Below are positions 30,798-44,845 of a stretch of 64,000 bases of DNA, one piece after another; within the stretch, counting starts at the first letter, position 1, and each line of letters opens with the position of its first letter. A program made the position numbers and the translations under genes. The DNA lies in NCBI RefSeq assembly GCF_009914755.1, contig NC_060943.1; one strand, written 5' to 3'. The DNA comes from the human T2T-CHM13v2.0 reference genome, Homo sapiens. The notes under the pieces were generated by a model, which saw only the letters and a list, made by a program, of their open reading frames with translations, did no database searches and was not told the DNA's origin.

Positions 30798-31557
30798 AAG
30801 ACAAGTAAATGGTAGTTGAATGAAAGAAACCAGGAAAAGTTATTTTTGGAGTGTGTAGGGTGTGCCTCGCCTCCTTGGACCCACCTCGTTTCTCCCAAGA
30901 GCAGACCCAGATACACTAACTCGATCTGCCTCCCGCCTCCTCCTTCTGCTTTAATCAACTGTGGGTCCTGCTCTCTTCAATGCCTGCGTGTCAGCTAAGT
31001 TTGCAATCACCCCGTTTACAGCTTGAAAATGAAGCCCTGTCTTTTCTGCAAGTAAGAATCTTCCTGAACCATGCATCCAAATGTCACATTTCCAAACATG
31101 TTGTGAGCTGAGGACTCCAAGTCATAAACTTCAAAGCAAGTACTTGTAATGGGAATTCTGACTGACAGTCCCTTAATTACAGTCTTTAAATATGCACAGT
31201 CCCTGACGGAGCCAGGCTTTCTGAGGAAAATTCCTGCCTAACTGGTTGAAAATGTGAACAGTGGGGTATAATTCCCTGAGCTGCAAGGAGCCACAGATCA
31301 GAGAAAATGCAAGAGAAACTCTAAAGACCCTTGTAGGATGAATTTTGTCTTTTGCAGGCGGTATGAAAACCGAAAGAGGGGAGACAACTGGGACAAGGAG
31401 AAACAAATATTTCCTGTGCTTGAAGCTGACACACATGGTTTATTTGCCGGTGTTTGGAGAGGTTAGAAAGCAAAGATAGCAGAGGAAGAATAGGTTTATC
31501 CTTGAGGACAGAACATGCATGCTGGTGAGTGGGAAGGGACTAAAAACAAGGTGGCTG

Positions 31558-31853
31558 GGCCGGGCGCAGTGGCTCATGCCTATAATCCCATCATTTTGGG
31601 AGGCCTTGGAGGGAGGATCACTTGAGGTCAAGAGTTAGAGACCAGCTTGGTGAAACCCCGTCTCTATTAAAAATAAAAAATTAGCTGGGTGTGGTGGCTC
31701 GTGCCTATAATCCCAGCTACTACTCAGGAGGCTGAGGCAGGAGAATTGCTTGAACCTGGGAGGCGGAGGTTGCAGTGAGCCTAGATGGTACCACTGCACT
31801 CCGGCCTGGGCAAAAGAGCAAGATTTCGTCTCAAACAACAAACAAACAAAAAA
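31558..31853 (+). mobile_element. Alu (AluS-like)
   Basis: Dimeric Alu with (CAAA)n tail. Confidence 0.95.
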
Positions 31854-32313
31854 TGACAGGGTGGCCCAAAACAAGGCAGTCCCACTGATCACGGACTCCA
31901 GTGACATTAACAGAGACCAGGGGGACATGGTTGCCCCTGTGTGCCCTGGGTCACATCACAGCCACTCCTTATTGGCCCTAGCCACAGGATGTGCTATGTC
32001 TCAGGCAGTGGCGTGTGTGCAGGTAACTTCTCCATCAGAGCCCCAGAAGGCAGCATGGCATCAGGTTTGGCAGTCTTATGCCACGTTGAGATCAGAGACC
32101 TTGTTTTATTAGCACAGGGTGCTCAGCCAACAAGAATGTCAAGCTGGTGTTTTTGCTACCACAGCCCCAGTTTAATGACAGAGAGTAACCTTGATATGTA
32201 GTTTGGTGACCAGTTAGGCAGGAAATTTATGGCAAAACACAGAAATGACCACACTGGAGTGGATTTAAGTCCTGATGCTGCCAATTAACAGCTATGTAGC
32301 TTTGCCCTTGGGC

Positions 32314-32474
32314 CAGAGTTACCACGTAAAACACAAATATCCAGCTAAATCTGAATTTCAGATATATAACAGATAATTTTCCACATATAACACATACTAA
32401 AACATTATCCATTGTTTATCTAAAATGCAAAGGTAACTGAGTGCTCTGATTTTAATTTGCTAAATCTGGCCAAC
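32314..32474. mobile_element. MER53 hAT MITE (palindromic, centre deleted), within a MIR remnant
   Basis: CCAGCTAAATCTGAATTTCAGATA..TTGTTTATCTAAAATGCAAAGGTAACTG..TTTGCTAAATCTGGC. Confidence 0.75.
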
Positions 32475-32734
32475 GACTTTCTCTTGCTGAACCTCATTTT
32501 CCTACTGTTTCCAAGTGGACAGCAGTGCATGTCTCAAGGGGGTTTGAGACCAGCTGAGATGCTGCTGGCCCAGCACAGGGTTCCTACACTATGAGGGTGA
32601 TCAACTGAGCTCTCAGTGCTTCTTCTCCCTCAGGATCTTTGTCTGCCTTTTAGCTCTTTCCAAATGTTAAACTTTCCATAAAGGCCAATGTTATGTGTCC
32701 CCCATGGCAGAACATTTCTTTTCTCACCATAGAA

Positions 32735-32945
32735 ATCAATTTATTGTATATTTCAAAATAACTAAAAGAATGAAATTGGAGTGTCCCTAACACAAAGAAA
32801 TACTCAGTGCTTGAGGTGATGGATACTCCAGTTGCTCTGATCTAATCACAACACATCATATGCTTGTATCAAAATATCATCTGTACCCCATAAACATGTG
32901 AAACTATTATGCATCCATGATTAAATATAAAAGTGAATAAAAAAG
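32735..32945 (+). mobile_element. L1MA/L1PB-type 3' end fragment
   Basis: ATTGTATATTTCAAAATAACTAAAAGA..GCTTGAGGTGATGGATAC..GTACCCCATAAA. Confidence 0.85.
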
Positions 32946-32968
32946 AAAGTACAAGAAACTCAGGGTCA

Positions 32969-33430
<462 letters not shown>

Positions 33431-34295
33431 TCAGAGCCAGAAGATGTGGTTGGTGTGTCTCTAATCAAGCTCCCTGCTTTTGAAAGGGCCAGGGAGGGAA
33501 ATATTGCCGACGAGATCCACTCGGAAGTGGAAATATGCACTGAGCTCCTCCCGCCCACTCGCCTTGCACACTTTGGCCAGGGAGTCCCACTAACCACTGT
33601 CAGCAAACACAGCTTCAGAACAGCTCCAGCCATGTTTTACGCCATTCTGCCGCATCCAACATAATGTCTAACTACATACGTGCATCAATAATCTTTTATG
33701 ACATCATAATGCATTTTAGTGTGTGGATGGTTATGATCTTTTAGAGGCCCCTATTTAGATCTATGGAGCAAAATAGGAAAGTTTTTAAAAAATGTAATCT
33801 AATTAATCTAAGCGCACTTGGATGCCTATTAAAATTCACCTGTCCAGGATTTTCCATTTATCATAATTACTAGGGAACAGCCATTCTGAGAAAGGGGCCG
33901 CCTCTTCATTTAATACAAAATGATGATATATTATCCTGATGCTTTTAGGAATGGTTTAGACATAATGGATAGGTCTGTGTGACGAATTCTGTGAATTAAC
34001 GCTGTACAATTAGACATGTTGTTCTTTCATGTAGAACACACCTCCAAGATGGCCGGGAGACACAGATCATGGAGTGTGGACAAAATGGCCCCATGGAGCC
34101 ACCAGCAGGGGAAGGGAGACCATCCCTTAGGTAGCTGGCAGGTGGGCAACCTCTCTCTGATTGCAGATGGCAAGGCCACTGGCCCCCAAACAGTGCCAGC
34201 GTCCCTCCATGAAGCTTGGCATCACTCAGCATGGCCTAGGGAGATGCGTCTTTTGAGCTATCAATTCCCCAGGATTGGTACCCCCGATCCAGAAT

Positions 34296-34750
34296 TGAGA
34301 CAGAAGAATAGGGTCTGGAGACAACAAGCCTAAAGCCAACCTGAGGGTGGCTTCTTGGAATTGGACCAAAAGGAAAACCCCACCTCTCCATGCCCAAGTG
34401 ACAAGAGGTCAGAGACCCCACCCTCTACAAAACACCGTCTCTCCTACATCACAAACAGGAAATATCTGATTGATTGATCATGGGCCAATCCTTCATTTGC
34501 ATAGAGTGTAACCAACTGGAGGCCTCTAAAGAGTATCTAGGGGTGTTACCAAATTCTTCTAGCTTAATAAAAACCCTAAAGAACATTCCAATCAGGGCTT
34601 TTGAGCCGCTTGCTCGAGTCCACTCCCACTCTGCAGAGGGTAGTTTTGCTTTAATCAATCTGTGCTTTTGTTGTTTCATTCTTTTATTGCTGTATTTGTG
34701 CATTTTGCTCAATGAAAAAACTCACTGTCAAGACTTTTCAGCCAGTAACA
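34296..34750 (+). mobile_element. ERV1 solo LTR, MER51-like
   Basis: TGAGACAGAAGAATAGGGTCTGGAG...CAGTAACA termini; 4-bp flanks GAAT / GAAG. Confidence 0.8.
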
Positions 34751-36371
34751 GAAGGAGGTGCTTCCTTTCATGAGTATAAGCAGCAGGCACTTGCCCTGGG
34801 GCCTCCTTCCCTTATTGGGCCTAGGGAGCAGCTTTCCTATTCAACCACACCCAAGGGCAGCATTGCTCATCTGGGAGTCCACTTCCCCTCAACCTGCAAA
34901 CCCTGCAATTGGGAGGCAGAACCCTGATGCTAAACTGAGCAAACCTGCCAGGATATCACCGGGAAGGGAGTTGCCAGGGACCTGGGGGTCCCCAGAGATG
35001 AGAGGCCAGACCACATGGATGCACTCAGTCTCTTTCCAGACCCCTGCCAAGCACCACAGAGTGCCGAGCCTCCCCTTGTCCCGCCTGCAGACAGGAAGGG
35101 CCGGCATGTCCAGTGGAACTGGCCCAGAGCTGCAAGCCTTGGATCTGCCTGGGCCCTCTGCAAGGTGGAGGCATTTCTCGGGTAAAGCAGTCCTTTACTG
35201 CCTGTATGGGGCCAACTGTTCTCCCCTGCATGGCACAGGGCTCCATTCTCGGTAACCACAGCCCTGAAGCGTTTAGGAAATGCCCCCAACACTTCACCCC
35301 CCACTGAATTTGTTGTGATGGGGCTTCCATGTGGCCTGGGAACGGCCTCTGTGTGGCCTCTGGGCTCCCCCAGGGCGCACAGAAATCAGAGCATCCCAGA
35401 AACAGACCTTGGGTCAGCCAGAGGGGTGGACCCAGAAATCCCACAGGTACCAACACCTGCATCCCCCTGTAGCTGCTGAAGTGTGAGGGGGACAGAAAAA
35501 CCCAAGTGGCTAGAGCTCCTGGTCCGTGTGCTGGTTGGGGAAGACCCAGGAGAAAGAAGGAAGTGACCAGATTGTAGGTAACAATGTGGCCTGGCCTACC
35601 TGCAGCTGGGCTATTCTTCAACATTGGTGTCTGAGTCAGGGACGGGCTGTCTCTCCATCCAGCCTCCTTCCTGGCCCCAGGCCTTTCACTCTCTCCATCA
35701 TCCTGATAAAACTCCCATGACACACCCTCTCTATGCAGTGGCTGTCAAGTGTCAGGGCTGTCAGGCTGTGATGAGAAACACAAACTCTCTGCCTTCGAGA
35801 AGTGTGAAAGGCGGCTTCATTCAACCCAACATCCAGCCCCACAGGTGTTCTATGTCTGCTAGGCACAGTTTTTTCTTTCTTTTCAATTGAAACACAGGTA
35901 TGGCTTGCTCTCCAGGTTTATCCCAGCCCCCATGCTCCCCTGCAATAAACTCCTGGCCCACAGGACTTGGTATTTGTTATTTGACTGGACCCTCCAGGCT
36001 TTTGAGTGGGGAATCTCTGATCCTAAATTGCAGACACAGACCCAGTGCCAAAGAGCACACAGTCCTGGGGGTTGGGGTGGTGGGGAGGCCAAGGCACATA
36101 CAACCAACTCCAGCACCAGACAGACCAAATAGCCCCCACTCTAGGGGCACAAGCCATGTGCCATGAGGAAGCAAAGGGAGGGCCAGTGGAATCCACTCGA
36201 ATGTGCAGGAGGGCTTCCTGGAGAAGGAGACGTCAGAAACAAGCCCTGAGGAATGACTTAGTATCTGAGCACTGGCGATCAGGGCACACTGCGTAATCCA
36301 AGCATGGTGTGTTCAGCATTAATGAGGGTCCTTGGCAGGACTCAGTGTACAATGAGTTCACAAGACCAGTG

Positions 36372-37209
<838 letters not shown>

Positions 37210-38165
37210 CAGACAAGCCCTTCTAAGTGAAGTGCAGGCAGGACTTAGCTCACTAGGTGCAGTGGGAGGAGAGGAGCATGTTGCTTGTGCCTGGTGTGAA
37301 GCACCCCCATCTAGGGCCATAGGGACTGCTAAGCAACCCCGAAAGTTTCCATAGGCAAATCTCTCAAAGTTTCAATACATACAGGATGGCCCCTGTGACA
37401 AGTTGACCCACGGCATCTGGGTGGTCCTAGGTGGGAAGTGTGTATGGAGGTGGAGGGAGTGTGTCTGGTCTTCCGATAGCATCACTTGCCTTATGTTTGT
37501 TCCTGTCTGGCCTGTCCTAATCCTGCGGTCCTAGAGTTAGAAGGGGAGATGTCTGGGGAAGCAAAGTGTGGATGTGGAAAGTGTTTCAAGGTAAACATAA
37601 GCAGATAAGAAGCATGGCGTCTACTGGCCTCGAGCTACAGACAGAAGGAAGACGCAAAGCTTAGGGGGCACCTGTGACAGTGATCCCCACACACACCCCA
37701 CCAGGGTGAAGCATTTGGTGAAGGTCCAGGTCAGATTCATCCTAGAAGTCATCAGAAGTTGCTAAAACACCTATGGAGCCTAGCACATAGTATGTATTTA
37801 ATATATATTTATATAACATTTCATTTTTAAAATGCTTAACATTCAATCAAACCAGCTCTTTGGCCTTGAAGATCAAATAAGATTTGACCAAATTCAACCC
37901 TTTAATTTGTTTTCTGAGCTCTATTTCCCAAAAACAATGTTTTAGCAAAGGACAGATATGAAGTTGAGAAGAATGATTTCATAAACTTAGGAATCAAGGT
38001 TCTTTATACACAAGACAATAGAGGCTCATCACTGGTCAGTTAGTTAGACCCCACATCAGCATCTTTGGGAGTTGACTAGTCCTGGATCCCTAACACAAAA
38101 TCCAAACATTCCTGCAGTTATTGACAGGCATAGATAGCCTGAGTCAAGACAATGCATCACATTAA

Positions 38166-38477
38166 TTATTTTTATTTTATTTTTTTTTAAAGACAGGATC
38201 TTGCTGTGCCACCCAGGCTAAAGTGCAGTGGTGTGATCATAGCTCACTGTAGTGTTGACCTGCTAGGCTTAAGCCATCCTCATCCTCCCACCTTAGCCTC
38301 CTGAGTAGCTGGGACTACAGGTGTGTGCCACCACTCCTGGGTAATTTTTAATTTTTTTCTAGAGACACGGTCTTACCATGTTGCCTAGGCTGGTTGCAAA
38401 CTCCTGGGCTCAAGGGATCCTCCCACCTTGGCCTCCCACGGTGCTGGAATTGCAGGTGTGAGCAACCACACCCAGCC
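38166..38477 (-). mobile_element. Alu (AluJo-like)
   Basis: Antisense dimer with J-type GATCATAGCTCACTG and CCTGGGCTCAAG. Confidence 0.93.
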
Positions 38478-39479
38478 ACGTCTCATTTATATTCAAATAA
38501 TTACTGACAATTGATTTTTAAGTAATTATTCTTCCCACCCGTTAGCATGGAGCTTGGACCCAACAGCAAATATCTGCCACCTAAAATTGAGATACAGCTC
38601 AACCCTCCAAATCCTTTGCGTACCCTCACCAAGGAGCCCCTCCATCCCTGCGTACACCACTCTTTCAAAGCCCAGGGCCTGGAAGGGCCTGGCTTTCACC
38701 CTGAGCTGCTTCCTTACAGAACACAGACCTGGGTTACCAACAGAGCCTCCACCATCTCCATCCTACCTCCGACCTCAGAGAGATGCCAGTAAGATGAATG
38801 CAAACTTTGCCAAGGGAAGGTCTTGAGAAAGTCAAAAGCCATCATTATTAATTCCCCGCTGTTTGGCTGGGATGGAAGCCACTGGTGCACCGATGGAAGA
38901 GGCTTGACTCCAAATAAATAAACACACGTCCTTTGGGCAGATGTCGGGCCAGCTCCGGCTGTTAACTGATGGCCCCGCACTGTGGCAGCTAGCGCAGTGT
39001 GGGCAGGCGAAGTGACACTGGCAGCGCGGAGTCTTCCGCCTCATCGCAACAAGCTTGGCCACATTTCCAAATCCATCTCTTTGAACCGACACAGACAGCT
39101 TAATGAAGCAATATTTATGGAACTGATACCACTGGGGAGATGGCTGCTCCTTCTCTCCGTCTCCTATTTTTAATATTTGATCTGGCAAACGTATTATTAA
39201 AGGAATATTTCATCTGATTACTCTTCTGTTTGACTGCGCGTCTTATTCATGCATGCTGGGTGCCAGGGGAAATTATACCGACCAGTTTGGGAGTTCTATT
39301 ATGTCATTCTTCCAAACAGCCCTTTGCTCCGAGTATAATTACCATTCATGTGCAAGGCTGTGGGCGCTCTGGCTGACCTGGACCACCTCCTTTTAATCAC
39401 AATGGCCTCCTCCTTCCCCTCCAGTCCCACTCGAGGCCCTTTCAGGACTCTTTTCCTGGGGACCAAGAACTTTCTTTCT

Positions 39480-39788
39480 TGCTGGGGACGGTGACTCCAT
39501 GCCTGTAATCCCAGCACTTTGGGAAGCTGAGGTGAGCAGAACACGAGGTCAGGAGTTCAAGACCAGCTTGGACAACATAGTGAAACCCTGTCTCTACTAA
39601 AAATACAAAAATCAGCCAGGTGTGGTGGCAGCGCATGCCTGTAATCCCAGTTACTGGGGAGCCTGAGGGAGGAGAATCAATTGAATCTAGCAGATCAAGG
39701 TTGTAGTGAGCTGAGTTCCTGCCACTGCACTCCAGCCTGGGTGACAAAGCAAGACTCTGTCTCAAAAATAAATAAAAAATTTAAAAAA
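39480..39788 (+). mobile_element. Alu (AluS-like)
   Basis: Perfect 13-bp TSD GAACTTTCTTTCT. Confidence 0.95.
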
Positions 39789-40354
39789 TGAACTTTCTTT
39801 CTGAGAGTGGTCTCTCTGGATATCTGAAAAGTTGCCTTGATGTTGTTAGGGGTCTCTAAAATCACTGACTTGCTTATGAAGCTGCAGTTTCCTCATAAGG
39901 CAGAAACAGAAAAGAGATGGGTGCACCCTGGCGTGGCCTGTCCTTGGCTATGAGCTCTTCGTCCAGCATCAGCATGGTGTTCAATTTCCCAGAGGCCACC
40001 GGTCTCCTGACTCTCTGCCTTTCCTTTTGCTAGCAGCTAGCTCCACCTTGACGGTCTTGAATTGCCTGATAAATCTACCCTCTTTCTGATTGGGCAACTG
40101 GCTGTATTTCCAACTTGGCCTTAAAGGTGGGGCCAGAGGGACATTTTGAGCCCCTAAACAAGGGGAGAGCATTCAAGTGGGTGTGGCAGAATCTGGCCCC
40201 ACCATCCTGGCAGAGACCCAGCAGGAGGCTTTGTGCACAAAACAGATGGGGCATGACCAGTGTGCAGGCTCAGCTCCCACTGCCCTGCTGACAAATGAGG
40301 CCAGCTCTTCACCTCTCACGAATTTCCTTGATTTTTGTTTCCAATTGTTTGCTA

Positions 40355-40566
40355 TTTACTTTTTCTGTAAGGGCCAGATAGTAAATGCTTTAGTCTCTGC
40401 AGGCAGTACTGTCACTGCCACAACTACTTAACTCCACCGTCATACCACCAAATAAACCATAGATGCTATGTAAATGAATAAGCGTGGCTATGCTCTAATA
40501 AAACCTATGTACAAACACAGGCAGTGGGCCAGATTTGACCCATGGGCCATAGTTTCCAAAGTCCTG
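40355..40566 (+). mobile_element. MER58A hAT-Charlie MITE
   Basis: TTTTTCTGTAAGGGCCAGATAGTAAAT..GGGCCAGATTTGACCCATGGGCCATAGTTT. Confidence 0.85.
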
Positions 40567-41089
40567 CTTTAGACTTTTCTGTGAATTAGGCGTGCATTTT
40601 TTACATCCTCAAATACCTTAGCCTCATAAAACTAAAGTCTTCATTTGTGAGTTTATGTATGTGTGTATAAATGTGTGTGTGTATGTGTGTGTATATATAT
40701 ATTCCCCTAATACATTCAAAATATTTAACTAAAAGAAAATGTTTTAAGTTATTTCATATTCCACCTGAATCCCTCCAGAAAATGCCAGATCAGATGACTG
40801 TTTCTTGAGTGTGAAAATGCCCAGGGGCCCTAAGCAAATCATTCCTTTCAGGTTTTATCAAACAGAAAAGTGAGGCCTCAAGAAGCAAACCACATGGTCC
40901 CTCAGCACAGGGTCTTGGCAGCTCCAACCCTGACTCTGCAGGGTTCCTTTCTCCTGACTCCAGGGGTCCTAGCCCAACCTTGCAGGCTATGGCAGCCTTG
41001 TCAACTCACGCTTGCTGCACGGATATCCACCCAAAGGCAGACCCTGGCTGCCATGATGGAACCCACGTTTTCAGAGGGGCTGTGTGCAA

Positions 41090-41340
41090 TAAACAAATGA
41101 GCAAATAAAAGACATGTGATTTTAGTTAGTGATCAATGCAATGGAGGAAAAGTGAAAAGTAGGCAGGATAAGGGAATAAAGAATCCTGGGCTGTTTTAGA
41201 TGATGTGGTCAGAGAGGGCATCCCTGCAATGACTCCAAGTCGATATAGGGTGGATGAGAAAAACTGAGCCACACAGAACGCAGGCAGGTGCAATCTGGAC
41301 TGAGGTGGAACTAGGCCTGCCACACCCAGGACACAGGGGC
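41090..41340 (-). mobile_element. L2 fragment
   Basis: TTTTAGATGATGTGGTCAGAGAGGGCATCCCTG is an antisense L2 motif. Confidence 0.55.
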
Positions 41341-43077
41341 AGCCAAGAGGGCAGCAGGTCCATGAGTGGGAAGGAAGATGGCTGCAGCAGAAGTTGGAGA
41401 TGTCTCAGCGCCTTGCAGGTCCCACAGGTGAGGTTATGAGGTCAGGCCTTCATGCCAGCTTCTCACCAAGACTCTGGCCACTCCCCTGGTTGCTGTCAGA
41501 GCACGCCCCCTTGGCCCTAAAACTGTGGAATCACAGCTCATATTCTTGTTCTTCTTACCCATTTCTTAGCTGTTGCTTTGCAATTCTTAGAATAAAAGTA
41601 AAGTTGCAGGAAATTTCAGAGCATAAACATAAGGGTACATTTGGATAGTTGCAGAAATTCCCCAGCCAACCAGCAGCAGACAGGGCCCCACTTAATGAAA
41701 CCTTCAGCGAGGGTCAGGTCCACATACCCTTTGGCAGACAGTCCAACCTCACCTGGAGTTGCTGCCAGGGGTGTGATTTCCACAGGCTTTCAGCACCGCT
41801 GATATTCATGATTTCTCAACAGCTGCCATTATACAACATTTAGATGCAAAATGGACAATACATCAAAGCAGATGTTCTTGGAAATCCTATTAACTCCAAA
41901 GGGTTTGGGAAGGCTTGGAGGCTGGCTCCTTCGGCACATTTGCAAGCGAGCTGTGTTTCAGTTCCCTTGGTGTGGGTGGATGCAGCTTTCCTGCATTCCC
42001 AATCATTCACTCAGCTCCAGAGCCAGAGCACCAAAGGCTGCAGAAATGAACACCTACACCTCACATCCTAAAAGCACTACAAGGACTTCTGTGGAGCTGA
42101 GGTCGCCTGCAAACACTTTCATTTATTTACTCCAGAATGACCAGTGTGCACGTTCTCAATGGCACCTGACAATTAACCATGAAGCAGTGCACCTAGAGCC
42201 AGACTTTCTGGAGAATTCCATGGAAAGCCCATTGTGGGGAGGAAAAATGTGACAGCAAGAGGGGAGGGCTTGCATCTTTCTAGGCATGTGGGATTGAACA
42301 TCCCAAAGACTTCTTCTGCTCTGATTTGTTTACTGTCTATAAATTGCAGTGTTGGTGTGAGTAGGGCCATCTGAGGATCAAGCATGATGATGGAGGCCCT
42401 GCCCCACTGGCTACAGAGAGTGTCCAGGCCAGGATGAATGTGGTCATCATGGTTCCTACATGGTTCCTATCACGGCAGCTCCGTGCAACACAAACCCTGA
42501 CTCTCCCTCCTTGCCTGCTTTTCTCCTTGGCTGGTTCCTTCTCACCCTGCAAGTCGCCTCCTCGGAGAGACCTTCCCAGGACATCCATCAGTACCTGCCC
42601 TCCCCAGCCACGTCTCTCTCTGTCCCGTCACCTAGTTTTATTGTCTTAATAACAGCACTTTCCACTAATGGCTACTTGTGTGGTTTGTTGTTTCCCACTG
42701 GTGTGGGACTCCAGGGAGGGAGCTGGCCCCTGGTACTTAGAGCTGCAGAGAAAGCCACTCCTATTATTCCCAGCCATGTGTGGAGCCCCTGCAGCTGCAG
42801 TTTGAGGACTGTGGGGTTGCTGCATGGGAAGTATAGTCAGCAAGCCGAACCCTGCACCGAGCACGCTTCACTGTTTGCTAAACTCTGACGCTGAGCTCAG
42901 AGCCGGCAAGGTCCCTCAGCTTCCAACCTGGCTGCTGCAGTAGTTTTGAGGGTCCTTGGCAGGTCACCCAAGGAAGCAGAGGCATTTCAGAATGGAGGAG
43001 ACAGGAAGAGGCACATCTCAGCAAAAACTAACTTTCCCTGTGCACAGACTCACCCCTCACCCAGGTCCGCATGGAAT

Positions 43078-43579
43078 TGAGACAGGCCGACAGGCTGGTT
43101 TCCTGTTTTAATGTGGTTTAGAGAAAAAAACAAAAGCCCCTTACTCATGCTATAGTTTACCTAATTTCCAGCCAACCAGCAACAAAGACCCAAGAAGCAG
43201 TGAGCCACGAGCTCCTGCTGTAGGGGGTTAGGGACTTCCTCCGCCTACACGTGCGGTTGGACTTAAACTCACCTTATAGTGACCTTTTCCTCCTTTTCAT
43301 ACTAAAAGTCACACCCGTATTACATGCAATGTATGAAGAAGGATGTAGAACCAGTACACAAGTACTAGAGAAACCTCCTATCCATGCCCTGACAAAACCC
43401 TTCCCGAAAGAACCAGCCCACATGCTACCCTCCAGAGCAGCCCGTCCTTGCCCTTTTGCAGTGCTGGCTTCCCTTGTGCAAAAGCTAAATGAAGCTTTCT
43501 CTTTCCTTAAGTGCAATGTCCGGCAATCCATCTTGATTCCTATCCTGGGAGATTGCAAGAACCCAGGGCGCTGATAACA
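43078..43579 (+). mobile_element. ERV1 solo LTR (MER66/MER73-group-like)
   Basis: TGAGACAGG...GATAACA termini; ACATGCAATGTATGAAGAAG and GAGCAGCCCG motifs; no clean TSD. Confidence 0.65.
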
Positions 43580-43604
43580 ATCCCTTCACTCATGGCTTCG
43601 TTTT

Positions 43605-44012
43605 CTTCATTGGTCAGTGGAAGCTGAGTCAAACTGCACTGACAAACATCCCCAATATCTCCAGGGTTTAGCACAGTGAAGGGCATCCCCGTTTTACTGA
43701 ATGTCCCACATGGGTCAGCCAAGAGGACTCTGGTCCTCGTCACCCTCAGGGGCTCAGGCTGGGGAAGCTCTGTCTCCACCTGTGATTCCATGATGACGAA
43801 GTCAGAAGGGAGCAAAGCAGGCACTGGCTGTGAGGTGTCACCCAGAGGTGACACACATCACTTCCTCCATGGCTGATCCCCCAGGACCCCTTCGACTCAT
43901 TCCACATGGCCCTACCCAGACACCCACCCAGAGGTGCTAGGAGTGCATCCCACCCAGTGCCCAGGGAGCAGGAATCCGGGCACATTTGGTAACAGCACAA
44001 ATGACCACCACC
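43605..44012 (-). mobile_element. Old MLT1 (MaLR) LTR remnant
   Basis: CAGAGGTGACACACATCACTTCC..CACATGGCC..ATTTGGTAACAGCAC. Confidence 0.6.
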
Positions 44013-44065
44013 CCTCCTGTGTCACTGTCTGTGCTGGGGAAATTGGAAAGGAACTAGTCTTATTA

Positions 44066-44375
<310 letters not shown>

Positions 44376-44547
44376 CTATGCCAGTGTTCCCTGTGCTGCA
44401 CACATTTGTATCATTATTATTATCTCATGTGCCAGGAGAGGAAATCTGTCTGGAGAGGAAGGGCCTCAGCCAGGACCACGAGTGCGCAAGCAGAACAGAC
44501 AGAACCCAACACTGGGGACTGGGCCCCAGGGCCTTTGCTTTTATAAA

Positions 44548-44845
44548 TTTTATTTTATTTTTTCAGTTGGGGTCTTATTCTGTCACACAGGTTGGAGCAC
44601 AGTGATGCAATCAAACTCACGGCAGCCTCCAACTCCTGGACTCAAGCAATCCTTTCTCCTCAGCCTCCTGAGTAGCCGGGACCGGAGGCAAATGCCACCA
44701 CGCCTGGCTCATGTTTTAATTTTTTGTAGAGGCAGGGGTTCTTGCTGTGTTGCCCAAGCTGGTATCGAACTCCTGGCCTCAAGCGATCATTCCACCTCAG
44801 CCTCTCAAATTGCTGGGATTACAGCATGAGCCACTGTGCCCAGCT
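44548..44845 (-). mobile_element. Alu (AluJ-like), inverted relative to the Alu ~180 bp upstream
   Basis: Antisense dimer; TSD GGCCTTTGCT / GGTCTTTGCT. Confidence 0.9.

Noticed and set aside
34758-35723. 165-232-aa overlapping ORFs
   Set aside because: No recognisable domain, and frames are open on both strands, as is typical of GC-rich non-coding DNA.
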